Positions 47,521 to 57,062 of a stretch of 64,000 nucleotides of DNA are shown one piece after another. Within the stretch, counting starts at the first letter, position 1. Every line of letters begins with the position of its first letter. The stretch lies in contig CAVSIV010000001.1 of assembly GCA_963728205.1 (NCBI GenBank), positions 192,001 through 256,000 of the forward strand, in the 5' to 3' direction. The position numbers were made by a program, and so were the translations under genes. The stretch is from an uncultured Chloroflexia bacterium. GTDB taxonomy: Bacteria; Chloroflexota; Dehalococcoidia; UBA2979. The notes beneath the pieces were generated by a model. That model saw only the letters and a program-made list of their open reading frames with translations, was not told where the DNA came from and ran no database searches.

Positions 47521-48495
47521 ATGGCCGCCGCTGCCGAACCGCTGGGTCAGCTCGCCGTACAGGAGCGCAAGTCGGGGTTCTTCTGGGACGCCGTGCGCCG
47601 GCTGCGCCGCAACCGCGCGGCCGTCGTCTCCGCCTTCGTCATCCTCGCGCTGCTGCTCTCCGCCGCCTTCGCCACGGCGATCGCGCCGTACAACCCGTCG
47701 AAGCAGTTCTTCAAGTCCTCGACCGTCGCCGCCGGCGACCCGATGGCCCCGCGCGACACCGGGAAGTTCGAGAAACCGACGCGCGATCACATCTTCGGCA
47801 CCGACCAGCTCGCGCGCGACATCTTCAGCCGTACCGTCATCGGCCTGCGCATCTCGCTGTCCGCCGCGTTCTTCGCCATCGGCGTCGTCACCATCGTCGG
47901 GATCGCCGTCGGAACGCTCGCCGCCAGCGGACCGCGCATGATCGACGACATCTTCATGCGCTTCACAGACATCATCTATTCCTTCCCGGACCTGCTGTTG
48001 ATCATCATGCTGCGGTCGGTCTTCGGGAACGCGATCTTCGGCTTCACGAGCATCGCCGGCGTCGACGCGAACCTGCTGCTGCTGTTCCTCGCGATCGGCG
48101 TGACAGCCTGGCCGACGATGGCGCGCATCATCCGCGGCCAGCTGCTGTCGATCCGCGAGACCGAGTATTCGGTGGCGGCACGCGCGCTCGGCGCCAGTCG
48201 CACACGCATCGCGCTGCGGCACTGGCTGCCGAACGCCGTGGGGCCGGCGATCGTCGAGCTCACGTTCCTCGCCCCGCGCGCCATCTTCGCCGAGGCAGCG
48301 CTGTCCTACATCGGCATCGGCGCGAACCCGCCGACACCGAGCCTGGGTGTGCTGATCAGCGAGCATCAGCAGTGGGTGACCGTGAACTGGACGGGCGTCG
48401 CCTTCCCGACGGCCGTGCTCGCGATTCTGTTCCTCGCGTTCCAGTTCTTCGGCGATGGCCTCCGCGACGCGCTCGACCCGCGCAGCATGCACTGA
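47521..48495 (+). CDS. oppC: Oligopeptide ABC permease
   Basis: RLRRNRAA, FGTDQLARDIFSR, ARALGAS, GDGLRDALDPR. Confidence 0.88.
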   Translation: MAAAAEPLGQLAVQERKSGFFWDAVRRLRRNRAAVVSAFVILALLLSAAFATAIAPYNPSKQFFKSSTVAAGDPMAPRDTGKFEKPTRDHIFGTDQLARDIFSRTVIGLRISLSAAFFAIGVVTIVGIAVGTLAASGPRMIDDIFMRFTDIIYSFPDLLLIIMLRSVFGNAIFGFTSIAGVDANLLLLFLAIGVTAWPTMARIIRGQLLSIRETEYSVAARALGASRTRIALRHWLPNAVGPAIVELTFLAPRAIFAEAALSYIGIGANPPTPSLGVLISEHQQWVTVNWTGVAFPTAVLAILFLAFQFFGDGLRDALDPRSMH

Positions 48496-48744
48496 GTTGT
48501 CGCGCTACCGGCCGGCGCGGCCTCGCGCTGACGCGCTCGGTCGCTCCGGCGAGCGCGCGGGTGCGCGGAGGCTGCCGGGCGGACCTTCCGGCGCTCGCGG
48601 CGCGCACGCCCGGCAGCCGCGCGGCGGCGCGCCCGCGCGGAACCCAAGGACACCGTCGCGTCCATCGCCCGCGGTGCGACTGATGCCTCGCGCGCATCGC
48701 GTAGACTCCCGGCACACCGACCGCGCGTGGAGGGGGGGACCGCG

Positions 48745-49536
48745 ATGTCCTGGGTCGACGTCAACGGCACCGACATCTACTACGTCGAAGAGGGGAGCGG
48801 ACCGCCGCTGCTCTTCCTGCACGGCAACAGCTCGTGCGGCGAGGCCTGGTGGCAGCAGTTCGCCGCCTTCCGCGACCGCTTCCGCGTCATCGCCTACGAC
48901 AGCGTGAACCACGGGCACTCGTCGAACTCGTCGCGCGACGTCGAGGAGCCGGATCGCGTCGACGAGCTCGAGGGATTCATCGCCGCCCTCGGGCTGCGTC
49001 GTCCCGTGATCGCCGGCAACTCGATGGGCGCGAACACGCTGCTGCGCTGGGCGACGCGCCACCCGGACGATGCGGCCGCGCTCGTCCCGTCGGGCATGGG
49101 CATCATGGAGCCCGGCGCCTCCGCGCCGCGCGCGGCCGAGCCGCTCAACCCCGAGACGCTCTTCCTGCCCATCGGCGACTCGCTGACCGACGGCTTCAAG
49201 GCCGCCCAGCCGCGCATGTACGAGCGCTACCTGCGCATCCGCTCGACGGCGACGCGGCTCGAGGCGATGCGCCACCCCCGCCGCCCCGCGGCGCGGACGC
49301 TCGAGGAGCGCGGCGCCCTCGGCGAGCGCGCGGGCGCGATCCGCTCGCCCATGCTGATCGTCGTCGGCACGCTCGACCGGATGCTGGAGCCGGCGCGCCG
49401 CCTGCACGACGCCGTCGGCCACTCCGAGCTCGTCGAGATCGCGGGCGCGCCGCACAACGTCTACTACGAGGCCGGCGAGCCCTACAACGCGGCCGTCGCC
49501 GGCTTCCTCGACCGCGTCGGAGCGGCGATCGCCTGA
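48745..49536 (+). CDS. Alpha/beta hydrolase
   Basis: LLFLHGN, GHGHS-like NHGHS, GNSMG nucleophile elbow, GTLD, GAPH. Confidence 0.9.
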   Translation: MSWVDVNGTDIYYVEEGSGPPLLFLHGNSSCGEAWWQQFAAFRDRFRVIAYDSVNHGHSSNSSRDVEEPDRVDELEGFIAALGLRRPVIAGNSMGANTLLRWATRHPDDAAALVPSGMGIMEPGASAPRAAEPLNPETLFLPIGDSLTDGFKAAQPRMYERYLRIRSTATRLEAMRHPRRPAARTLEERGALGERAGAIRSPMLIVVGTLDRMLEPARRLHDAVGHSELVEIAGAPHNVYYEAGEPYNAAVAGFLDRVGAAIA

Positions 49537-49636
49537 CATCCGCGGACGGCGCGCGGCGGGTTTCAGGCCCGCCGTGCGAGTGCGTGGGCCGGCGAGCAGC
49601 GCGGCCGGCAAGCTCCACGGCACGCCTGGAGCGCGG

Positions 49637-51505
49637 CTACCAGCTGCCGACGCTGCCCCCGCCCCCGCCGCCGCCGGAGAACCCGCCGCTGCCGAAGCCG
49701 CTCGACCCCGACCCGGACGGCGTGCTCGCGATCGTGCCCGCGCTCACCGTCGAGAACGAGCCGATCGCGTCGGCGAACGCCAGCGCCGTGAACGGGTGCG
49801 ACGACACGTACCAGTCCGTGCGCGGCGGCTCCGCCAACCCGGCGAACGCCTTCGCCCAGCGGTCCACGCAACCGAACACCACCGCGTACGCGAGGTAGTC
49901 CGAGAACAGGTGCGCCTGCTCGGCGAAGCGCGCCGGCTCCTTCTCCGCCTCCTCGATGAACCGCCGGAACCCGTACACCCGCCGCAGCGTCCCCGTCCCC
50001 TTCGCCGTACGCCGCGGCATGAAGCCGTGCAGCGCCACCAGCGCCAGCGCCGCGAGCACGAGCGGCACCGGCACCAGCGCGAACGTCGTCCATGCCGCCG
50101 CCGCCACCTCGATCGCGACGGCGAGCCCCAGCGCCACGAGCCCGCCCGCGAGCCACCAGCCGCGCGTCGTCTGCGGGCTGCGCCGGAACCAGCCCTTGTC
50201 GACGGCGTCGTCGTAGAGCGCGAGCTGCACGTTGTGCAGCCGCACCGAGAACGTGCGCTTGAGCGCCGACAGCTGCACCGCGTCGCCGTCCTCGAACAGT
50301 CCGTCGAGCAGGCGGCGCTCGTACTCCATCAGGTCGTCGCTCGGCTTCAGCCGCTCGAGCTTCCAATCCGCGGAGTTCCAGAAGTGATCCTTCTCGATCT
50401 CCGTGATGCGCAGGTAGCCGCGCGCCGCGAGGTCGACGATCGTCGCCGTGACGTCGAGCACGTTCGCGCGCTCGTCGACCAGCGTGCCGACCTCGCCCGG
50501 GCGGATGCCGTCGGGCGGCTCGTACTCCACGGGGTACGGCCCGCCGTCGCCGAAGAGACCGACGCGCTGCACGGCCTCCCCGGTCGTGCCGAACGCGACG
50601 TCGACGGCGGATCCGACGTAGCGGCGGTCGCGGCCGGCGGTCCACACGAGCCGCGCCAGGCCGGCGGCGAGCGCCCCGGCGAGGACCACCGCCAGGCCGA
50701 CCGTGAGGACGTTCACCGTGAAGGCGCGTCGCAGACTCCAACGCGTACGCAGGATCGGCGCCGGCGGCGGGACGACGCTGCCCGGCGGGAACGCCACGAC
50801 CACCGTGAACGCCTCGCCCGCGTCCAGCGCGCCCTGCTTGAAATGCGCCGCGTCGCCGGACGCACCCATCTCCGCGCACGCCAGCCGCGACCCGTACGCC
50901 CCGGCGAAGCAGTTCACCTGCGAGACGTCGCCGGGCGCGGTGACGTCGACGCTCGCGTGGTCGATTGGCACGGCCTGGTCCGCGCTGATGGCGTTCCAGT
51001 ACAGCTCGTCGTGCGACGGGAAGGCGTTGAGCGCGCCCTGCACGCGGTAGCGAATCGTGTAGGTGTGCTCGCCGCTGATGGTGTGGTCCGGGTCGCCGAT
51101 GCGGATGCGCTTCATCCCGCCGGCGACGCTCTCGACCTGGTACTGCGTCGGCGTGCCCGGCGAACCGGTCACGCTCAGCACGTCGAGCGGGTAGACGCGG
51201 TCGTGCTCGTTGTCGTAGTGCAGCCGCACGGGGATGTCCCGCGTGATGCCGTGCCGGTCGGCGCTGCCGAAGTCGTAGTCGATGGTCTCCTCGACCACGA
51301 TCGCGCCGTCCGGCTGGATGGTGATCGCGACGGCGTAGGAGCGGATGCTCTCGCCCGCGCCCTGCGCCCGCGCGCGACCGGCGGGGCCGAGCACGACGAG
51401 GGCCGCGAGCAGCGCCAGCGCCGCGGCGAGCGGCGCGACACGCGTCGCGACCGGCCGGTGGCGCGCCCGGCCCGCGACCGGCCGAGTGGTGGGGTGGGTG
51501 GCCAC
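49637..51505 (-). CDS. DUF2207 domain membrane protein
   Basis: Signal peptide, VEETIDYDFG..HGITRDIP, DELYWN, ATIVDLAARGYL, LAYAVVFG, Gly-rich SGGGGGGGSVGSW end. Confidence 0.9.
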   Translation of the reverse strand: MATHPTTRPVAGRARHRPVATRVAPLAAALALLAALVVLGPAGRARAQGAGESIRSYAVAITIQPDGAIVVEETIDYDFGSADRHGITRDIPVRLHYDNEHDRVYPLDVLSVTGSPGTPTQYQVESVAGGMKRIRIGDPDHTISGEHTYTIRYRVQGALNAFPSHDELYWNAISADQAVPIDHASVDVTAPGDVSQVNCFAGAYGSRLACAEMGASGDAAHFKQGALDAGEAFTVVVAFPPGSVVPPPAPILRTRWSLRRAFTVNVLTVGLAVVLAGALAAGLARLVWTAGRDRRYVGSAVDVAFGTTGEAVQRVGLFGDGGPYPVEYEPPDGIRPGEVGTLVDERANVLDVTATIVDLAARGYLRITEIEKDHFWNSADWKLERLKPSDDLMEYERRLLDGLFEDGDAVQLSALKRTFSVRLHNVQLALYDDAVDKGWFRRSPQTTRGWWLAGGLVALGLAVAIEVAAAAWTTFALVPVPLVLAALALVALHGFMPRRTAKGTGTLRRVYGFRRFIEEAEKEPARFAEQAHLFSDYLAYAVVFGCVDRWAKAFAGLAEPPRTDWYVSSHPFTALAFADAIGSFSTVSAGTIASTPSGSGSSGFGSGGFSGGGGGGGSVGSW

Positions 51506-51577
51506 GGCGGCCTCCTGCCTGCAATCGGTGCTCCCGGAAGATACCCTCCGCCCCGGTTGGGTACGATGCCTCCGCCG

Positions 51578-51718
51578 CCGCCGGCGACTCGAACGCGCGT
51601 CGCGTTCCGACTCACCGGGCGCAGCCCACCGGCGAGCGGAACGCGTCCCGCGTTCCGACTCACCCGCGCAGCCCGCCGGCGAGCGGAACGCGTCCCGCGT
51701 TCCGACTCACCGGGCGCA
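51578..51718. repeat. ~47-48 bp tandem repeat x3 with internal hairpin
   Basis: cgcgttccgactcac recurs at 51601, 51649, 51696; hairpin cggaacgcg-tcc-cgcgttccg. Confidence 0.85.
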
Positions 51719-51736
51719 CGCACTGGAGGTCGCCCC

Positions 51737-52306
51737 ATGCCCGCGCCCGCCGCCTGGACCGCCGCTCTCATCGCCGTGATCGTCGTGGGGTGGGTGATCT
51801 TCGCCTTCAACCGGCTCGTGCGACGCCGCATGCGCGTGGACGCCGGCTGGGCGCAGATCGACGTCGAGCTGAAGCGCCGGCACGACCTGGTGCCGAACCT
51901 CGTCGAGGCGGTGCGCGGGGCGGCCGGCTACGAGCGTGGCGTGCTCGAGCGCATCACCGCGGCGCGCGCACAGGCCGTCGCGGCGCCGGATCTGGCGGCG
52001 CGTGCCGGCGCGGAGCAGGAGCTCACCGGTGCGCTGCGCAGCGTCTTCGCCAACCGCGAGGCGTACCCGGCGCTCACCGCGAACGCGAACTTCCTCGCGC
52101 TGCAGCAGGAACTCGCGACGACCGAGGAGCGCATCGCCTACGCGCGCGGCTACTACAACGCCGCCGTCGCCGACTACGAGCGGAGCCTGCGGTCGTTCCC
52201 GTCGAGCGTGGTCGCGGCCGCGTTCGGCTTCGAGCCGCGGCCCTACTTCGAGGCCGACGTGCAGTCGCAGGCGCCGGTCTCCGTCGACCTCGCGTCCTCG
52301 GGCTAG
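51737..52306 (+). CDS. lemA: LemA family protein
   Basis: FNRLVR..WAQIDVELKRRHDLVPNLVE, EAYPALTANANFLALQ, EERIAYAR.YYN; GGAGG RBS. Confidence 0.93.
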   Translation: MPAPAAWTAALIAVIVVGWVIFAFNRLVRRRMRVDAGWAQIDVELKRRHDLVPNLVEAVRGAAGYERGVLERITAARAQAVAAPDLAARAGAEQELTGALRSVFANREAYPALTANANFLALQQELATTEERIAYARGYYNAAVADYERSLRSFPSSVVAAAFGFEPRPYFEADVQSQAPVSVDLASSG

Positions 52307-52396
52307 GCCCATCCTCGGTGCCGCCGGGAGGCGCGCTTGATCGCACTCGTACTATCGATTCCTGGTGGCCGGGCGGCACATGACGGGAGGCATCCG

Positions 52397-52770
52397 ATGG
52401 CCGATCGGATTCGCCACGTCGCTGCCGGCGACGTGAAGCCGGGCCCGCCGACCCCGGCATGGATCGCCGCGAGGCGTTCGCCGACGAGGGCGTGTGGTTC
52501 GGCGAGGTGCACACCGAGCCGGAGTCGCTGTCCGCGTGGCACCACCACGGTGAGCACGCCACGTACGGCCGGGTGATTGCGGGGAGCATCCACTTCGAGT
52601 TCGGGCGCGACGGCGGCGATTCCGTCGACATCGGTCCCGGCGGTTACTTCATGGTGCCGCCGCACACGGTGCACCGCGAGGGCAACCCGGGAGGCGCGCC
52701 CGGGCTCGTCGTGCTCACCCGCGTCGGGTCGGGGCCGACCGCGTTCAACGTGGATGCGCCCGACGCCTGA
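52397..52770 (+). CDS. Cupin domain protein; 1-base frameshift near 52455
   Basis: MADRIRHVAAGDVKPGPPTP joins (G)MDRREAF..SAWHHHGEH..VPPHTVHRE in the adjacent frame. Confidence 0.75.
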
Positions 52771-52877
52771 GAGACCGCCGGACTGCGGACGAGGCGGCGA
52801 CGAGAGCCCGGCCGGAGCGAGCGCGGTCCGCGGTCACGGTGCCGCGCTCGCCGAGAGCACCACGCGCAGCCGGCGGC

Positions 52878-53945
52878 TCAGTGTCGTCGTCGCCGGCGCC
52901 GCCGGTGCCGGTCCGACTCCAGGTACGCGAGGACGGCGCGCTCGACGGCGCGGCTCCCCGCGCCGCGGCGCTCCCGCGCGGTGAACCGGCTCGCGGCGTG
53001 GCCCTCGAGGACGCCGGGGTGGACGTACGATGCGCGCGAGACCGTCGGCGTGTCGCCCAGCACCTCCGCCGCCGCCTCGATTGCGCGCTGCGCGTGGCGC
53101 TTTGCCTCCGCCGCCGACCGCGGGGCCTCCTGCGCGAGCAGCGCGCCGCCCGCGGCGACCGTGGCGCGCCACGTGCGGAAGTCCTTCGCCGTGAAGGCGC
53201 CGTCCGCAACGCGCGCGAGGTAGCGGTTCACGTCCGTCGCGTGCGCCGGCCGCGGCACGCCGTCCGAGTCGCGGTACTGGAACAGGCGGTCGCCGGGCAG
53301 GCGGCGGCAGCGCCGCACGACATCCGCGACGCGCGCGTCCTCCACGCACGCCTCCTGCTGCTTGCCGCCCTTCCCGGGAAACCGCAGCGTCACCAGCGAG
53401 CCGCGCAGGCGGACGTGCTCGCGGCGCAGGGTCGCGAGGCCGAACGACGCGTTCTCACGCGCGTACTCGTCGTGGCCCACGCGCTGGCCGGTTGCCTCGA
53501 GCAAGCGGACGACGGCGGCCAGCACGCGCCGTCGCGGAAGTCCCGGGCGTGCCAGGTCGCGCGACACCCGCCGGCGGATGCGCGGGAGTGACTCCGCGAA
53601 CGCGACGACCCGCTCGTACTTCGCTGCGTCCTGTGCCTCGCGCCAGCGCGGGTGGTAGCGGTACTGCTTGCGGCCGCGCGCGTCGCGACCGGTCGCCTGC
53701 ACGTGGGCGTCGGCGTCGGGGCTGATCGAGACGTCGACCCAGGCCGGGGGCACGGCGAGCCCGCGAATGCGCGCGAGCACCCGGGGATTGCGGATGCCGC
53801 GCCCGCGCTCGTCCGTGTACCGGAAGCCACGACCGGCGCGCCGGCGACGGATGCCGGCATCCGTGTCGGCGACATAGACGAGGCCGGCAGCCGCAGCCGC
53901 AGCGCGCCGCCGCCGCCCGGGCGTCGGCATCGCCCTCGGCCGCAT
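52878..53945 (-). CDS. Bacterial DNA topoisomerase IB
   Basis: VPPAW, GRDARGRKQYRYH, RVGHDEY, FPGKGGK, TAKDFRTW, SYVHP (catalytic Tyr). Confidence 0.92.
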   Translation of the reverse strand: MRPRAMPTPGRRRRAAAAAAGLVYVADTDAGIRRRRAGRGFRYTDERGRGIRNPRVLARIRGLAVPPAWVDVSISPDADAHVQATGRDARGRKQYRYHPRWREAQDAAKYERVVAFAESLPRIRRRVSRDLARPGLPRRRVLAAVVRLLEATGQRVGHDEYARENASFGLATLRREHVRLRGSLVTLRFPGKGGKQQEACVEDARVADVVRRCRRLPGDRLFQYRDSDGVPRPAHATDVNRYLARVADGAFTAKDFRTWRATVAAGGALLAQEAPRSAAEAKRHAQRAIEAAAEVLGDTPTVSRASYVHPGVLEGHAASRFTARERRGAGSRAVERAVLAYLESDRHRRRRRRRH

Positions 53946-54190
53946 GGCCGGACGAAGCTTGCGTGGGACTCATGGCGTTGAGGGTGCCGCCTGTGGCGCG
54001 ACGAAATCAGCACACGCCGCCTCCGATGCTCGCGGATGCGCAACGACTCGCGGATCTCCGGCCCCCACTGCGCACGGCCGTGCCTGGCAGGCGGAGGCGC
54101 GGAGAGGATGGGTGGTCGAGACGAGGTCGTTCCGAGCGGATCGCCGACGGCGCGCGACGTCCTCGATACGCTGTCGAGGCTTCGCGACGC

Positions 54191-54266
54191 GCCCGTGTAG
54201 CTCAGGGGATAGAGCAGCGGCCTTCTAATCCGCGGGTCGGAGGTTCGAATCCTCCCACGGGCTCCA
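54191..54266 (+). tRNA. tRNA-Arg(UCU)
   Basis: Acceptor gcccgtg/cacgggc, D arm gctc/gagc, anticodon loop cttctaa, T arm ggagg-ttcgaat-cctcc, encoded CCA. Confidence 0.95.
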
Positions 54267-54380
54267 TGCTTCGATCACCCGACGTCGATCACCCGAGCTG
54301 CTGGGTCACCTCCGGGGCGCGCATGCGCGACGAATGCGCGCCCCGTCGGCGCCAGTCCATGTCGAAACGCCGGCCGTCGG

Positions 54381-55128
54381 TCAGCCGGTAGCCGCACCGA
54401 AGACGTAGCCGACGCTGAACGTCACGGCCATCGCGAGCGCCCCGCCGACCACGAGCCTGAGAATCGCCATCCGCTTCGGCGCCCCGCCGAGATACGCACT
54501 CACCCATCCCGTGACCAGCAGGGCGATCAGCACGGCGACGAAGGTGACGGCGATCCGCACACCGGCCGGGGGGAGCAGGATCGCAGCGAGGGGGGCGGCG
54601 GCTCCGGCCGCAAAGGCGAGCGCGGACGAGCCCGCGGCAACCCAGGGGTTCGCGAGCTCCTCCTGGTCGATCCCCAGCTCGACGCTGAGGTGGGCCTTGA
54701 GCGCGTCGCGCTCGGTCAGCTGCCGGGCAGTGGAGGTGGCGCTTTCCCGGTCCAGTCCCCGCTGTTCGAGGAGTCCGACGAGCTCGGCGAGCTCGGCCTC
54801 GGGGCTGGTCGCAAGCTCCTCGCGTTCTCGTGCGATCAGCGCGCGTTCGGTGTCTCGTTGACTGCTCACCGAGACGTACTCGCCGAGTGCCATCGACACG
54901 GCGCCGGCCACGAGGCCCGCGACTCCTGCGGTCGCGAATCTCGATCCGCCCGGTCGTCGCGGCCGCCACGCCGATGACGAGGCCGGCGATGGAGATGATG
55001 CCGTCGTTGGCGCCCAGCACACCGGCTCGCAGCCAGTTCAGGCGGCCCGCGACCGACCCGCTGTGGGGCTCGAAACCGTGCACGGCTTCGCCGGCCGGGT
55101 GAGAACCGCCGACGTCGTTCCCCGACAC
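54381..55128 (-). CDS. VIT1/CCC1 family Fe/Mn exporter; frameshift near 54940
   Basis: LNWLRAGVLGANDGIIS in one frame; AGAVSMALGEYVSVSSQRD and ELGID..NPWVAA in the next. Confidence 0.8.
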
Positions 55129-55226
55129 TGGGTGCTCCCTGTCAAGGCGTGGGCGCGCTGGTTCGTCATCGTATCCCCGGGCGGACCCCGGACGCGGGCG
55201 CGAGCGCGCGGGACGGGGCCCGCTCC

Positions 55227-56888
55227 TCACTGACGGTGGCGCGCCGACAGGATCGCCCAGGCCCAGAACCCGCCGACGGCGAAGGGGCCGCCGAAGAACA
55301 CGATTGCGGCGAAGACCTCCCACGCCGGCGGCTTGTACACCTGCAAGACGAGCCCCATCGAGATCGCGATCGCCGCTCCGAGGATCGCCGCGGCGATCCG
55401 GTTGACCAGCGCCGACGCCCCTTCGAGCGCCATGTTGATCTCGTCGCGGCGCAGCCGGACCTCGAAGTCGCCGCTCTCGACCTGCCGCAGCACGCGGCGC
55501 AGCTGCCCGGGCAGCTCGTGCACCAGCGCGACCGTCTCGCCGATCGCGTCCGCCGCCCGCTCCGCGATCGCGGCGGGCGAGTAGTGGTGACCCATGACCT
55601 CGCGCGCGAAGTCCTCGGCCTCCTCCGCCGGGTTCACGTCCGGGTCGAGACGGCGCGCGAGCGTCTCGGCCATCGCGGCCGTCTTCGCAAGCAGCGCCAC
55701 GCCGGGCGGGAACGCGAGGTTGTGCCGTCGCGCGACCCCGGCGACGTCGCGCAACATCTGGCCGACGGAGAGGTGCTCGAGATCGAGCCCGTAGTAGGCG
55801 TCGAGCACGTGGCCCACGTCGCGCTGCACGGAAAGGCGCTCCTCTGGCGCCGGGCGCACGCCCAGCCGGGCGAGGCTGTCGATCACCTGGTCGACGTCGC
55901 CGTCCACGACGCCGCCGAACAGCGTGACCAGCGCCGTACGCATCTCGTCGTCGACGCGCCCCGACATGCCGAAGTCGAGCACCACGATCGTGCCGTCCGA
56001 CTCGACGAGGTAATTGCCCGGATGTGGGTCGGCGTGGAAGAAGCCGTGGACGAGCACCGACGCGAGCATCATCCGGATCAGGCGCCTGGCGAGTTCCGTG
56101 CGGTCGATGCCGGCTGCGTCGAGGGCGGCGACGTCGTCGATGTGGATGCCGTCGACCCGCTCCATCGTCAGTACGCGCGCAGTGGTGTGCTCCCAGTCGA
56201 TGCGCGGCGCGCGCAGCCGCGGCTCGTCGGCGAACTGGCGACTGAAGCGCTCGGCGTTGCGCCCCTCGCGGACGTAGTCGAGCTCCGCGCGGAGCGTCCA
56301 CTTCATCTCCTCGACGAGCGACGCGACGCCGTACTGCCGCGCGAGCGCCACGCGGTGCTCCGCGTGCTCGGCCAGGCGGCGCATCACGGCGAGGTCGACC
56401 TCCACCTGCTGCTCGACGCCCGGCTTCTGCACCTTCACGACGACCTCGCCGCCGCCGCGCAGGCGCGCCCCGTGCACCTGCCCGATCGACGCGCTGGCGA
56501 GCGGCTCGTCGTCGAAGCGCTCGAAGATGGCGTCGACGGGACACCCCAGCTCGCGTTCGACGACGGCGCGGATGTCCGCCGGGTCGGCTTGCGGCGCGGA
56601 CTCCTGGAGGCGCGCGAGCTCCTCGGCGTACGCGGGCGGGAGCAGGTCCTCGCGGGTGCTCAGCACCTGTCCGAGCTTGATGAACGCGACGCCCAGCTCC
56701 TCGCAGGCGAGGCGAACGTGCTCCGGCTCGGTGGCCGGGCGGCCGCCGCGTCCGCGCCCGAGGCGATCGGAGAAGGGGATGAAGCGGCGCAGGCCCGTGC
56801 GCGCGGCGCCCATGCCGAGGCCGTGCCGCGCGAGCACGGCGACGGCCTCGCCATACCTGCTGAACTCTCGAGATCCCGGGACCAGCAT
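55227..56888 (-). CDS. AarF/UbiB (ABC1) atypical kinase
   Basis: IKLGQVLS, LASASIGQVH, VKVQKP, ELDYVREG, FFHADPHPGN, LDFG. Confidence 0.92.
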   Translation of the reverse strand: MLVPGSREFSRYGEAVAVLARHGLGMGAARTGLRRFIPFSDRLGRGRGGRPATEPEHVRLACEELGVAFIKLGQVLSTREDLLPPAYAEELARLQESAPQADPADIRAVVERELGCPVDAIFERFDDEPLASASIGQVHGARLRGGGEVVVKVQKPGVEQQVEVDLAVMRRLAEHAEHRVALARQYGVASLVEEMKWTLRAELDYVREGRNAERFSRQFADEPRLRAPRIDWEHTTARVLTMERVDGIHIDDVAALDAAGIDRTELARRLIRMMLASVLVHGFFHADPHPGNYLVESDGTIVVLDFGMSGRVDDEMRTALVTLFGGVVDGDVDQVIDSLARLGVRPAPEERLSVQRDVGHVLDAYYGLDLEHLSVGQMLRDVAGVARRHNLAFPPGVALLAKTAAMAETLARRLDPDVNPAEEAEDFAREVMGHHYSPAAIAERAADAIGETVALVHELPGQLRRVLRQVESGDFEVRLRRDEINMALEGASALVNRIAAAILGAAIAISMGLVLQVYKPPAWEVFAAIVFFGGPFAVGGFWAWAILSARHRQ

Positions 56889-57062
56889 CGCGCCCTCTTC
56901 AGGGTGACCCGCCCCAGGTCAACGCTATCACCGGGTCGCGAGGCCGCCTGGTGCGTATGGGCGAGATGCGGCCGCGGGTGCGGTATGGTGCCGCCGCCGC
57001 ATCGCGCCGGCGCGCGAACAGCGGAGGCGGTCGGAGTTGCGACAAGGTGGAGGAGGTGGCGG

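Noticed and set aside
51578-51718. Hairpin-containing repeats as a mini-CRISPR
   Set aside because: Sequence between hairpins is also repeated, so there are no unique spacers
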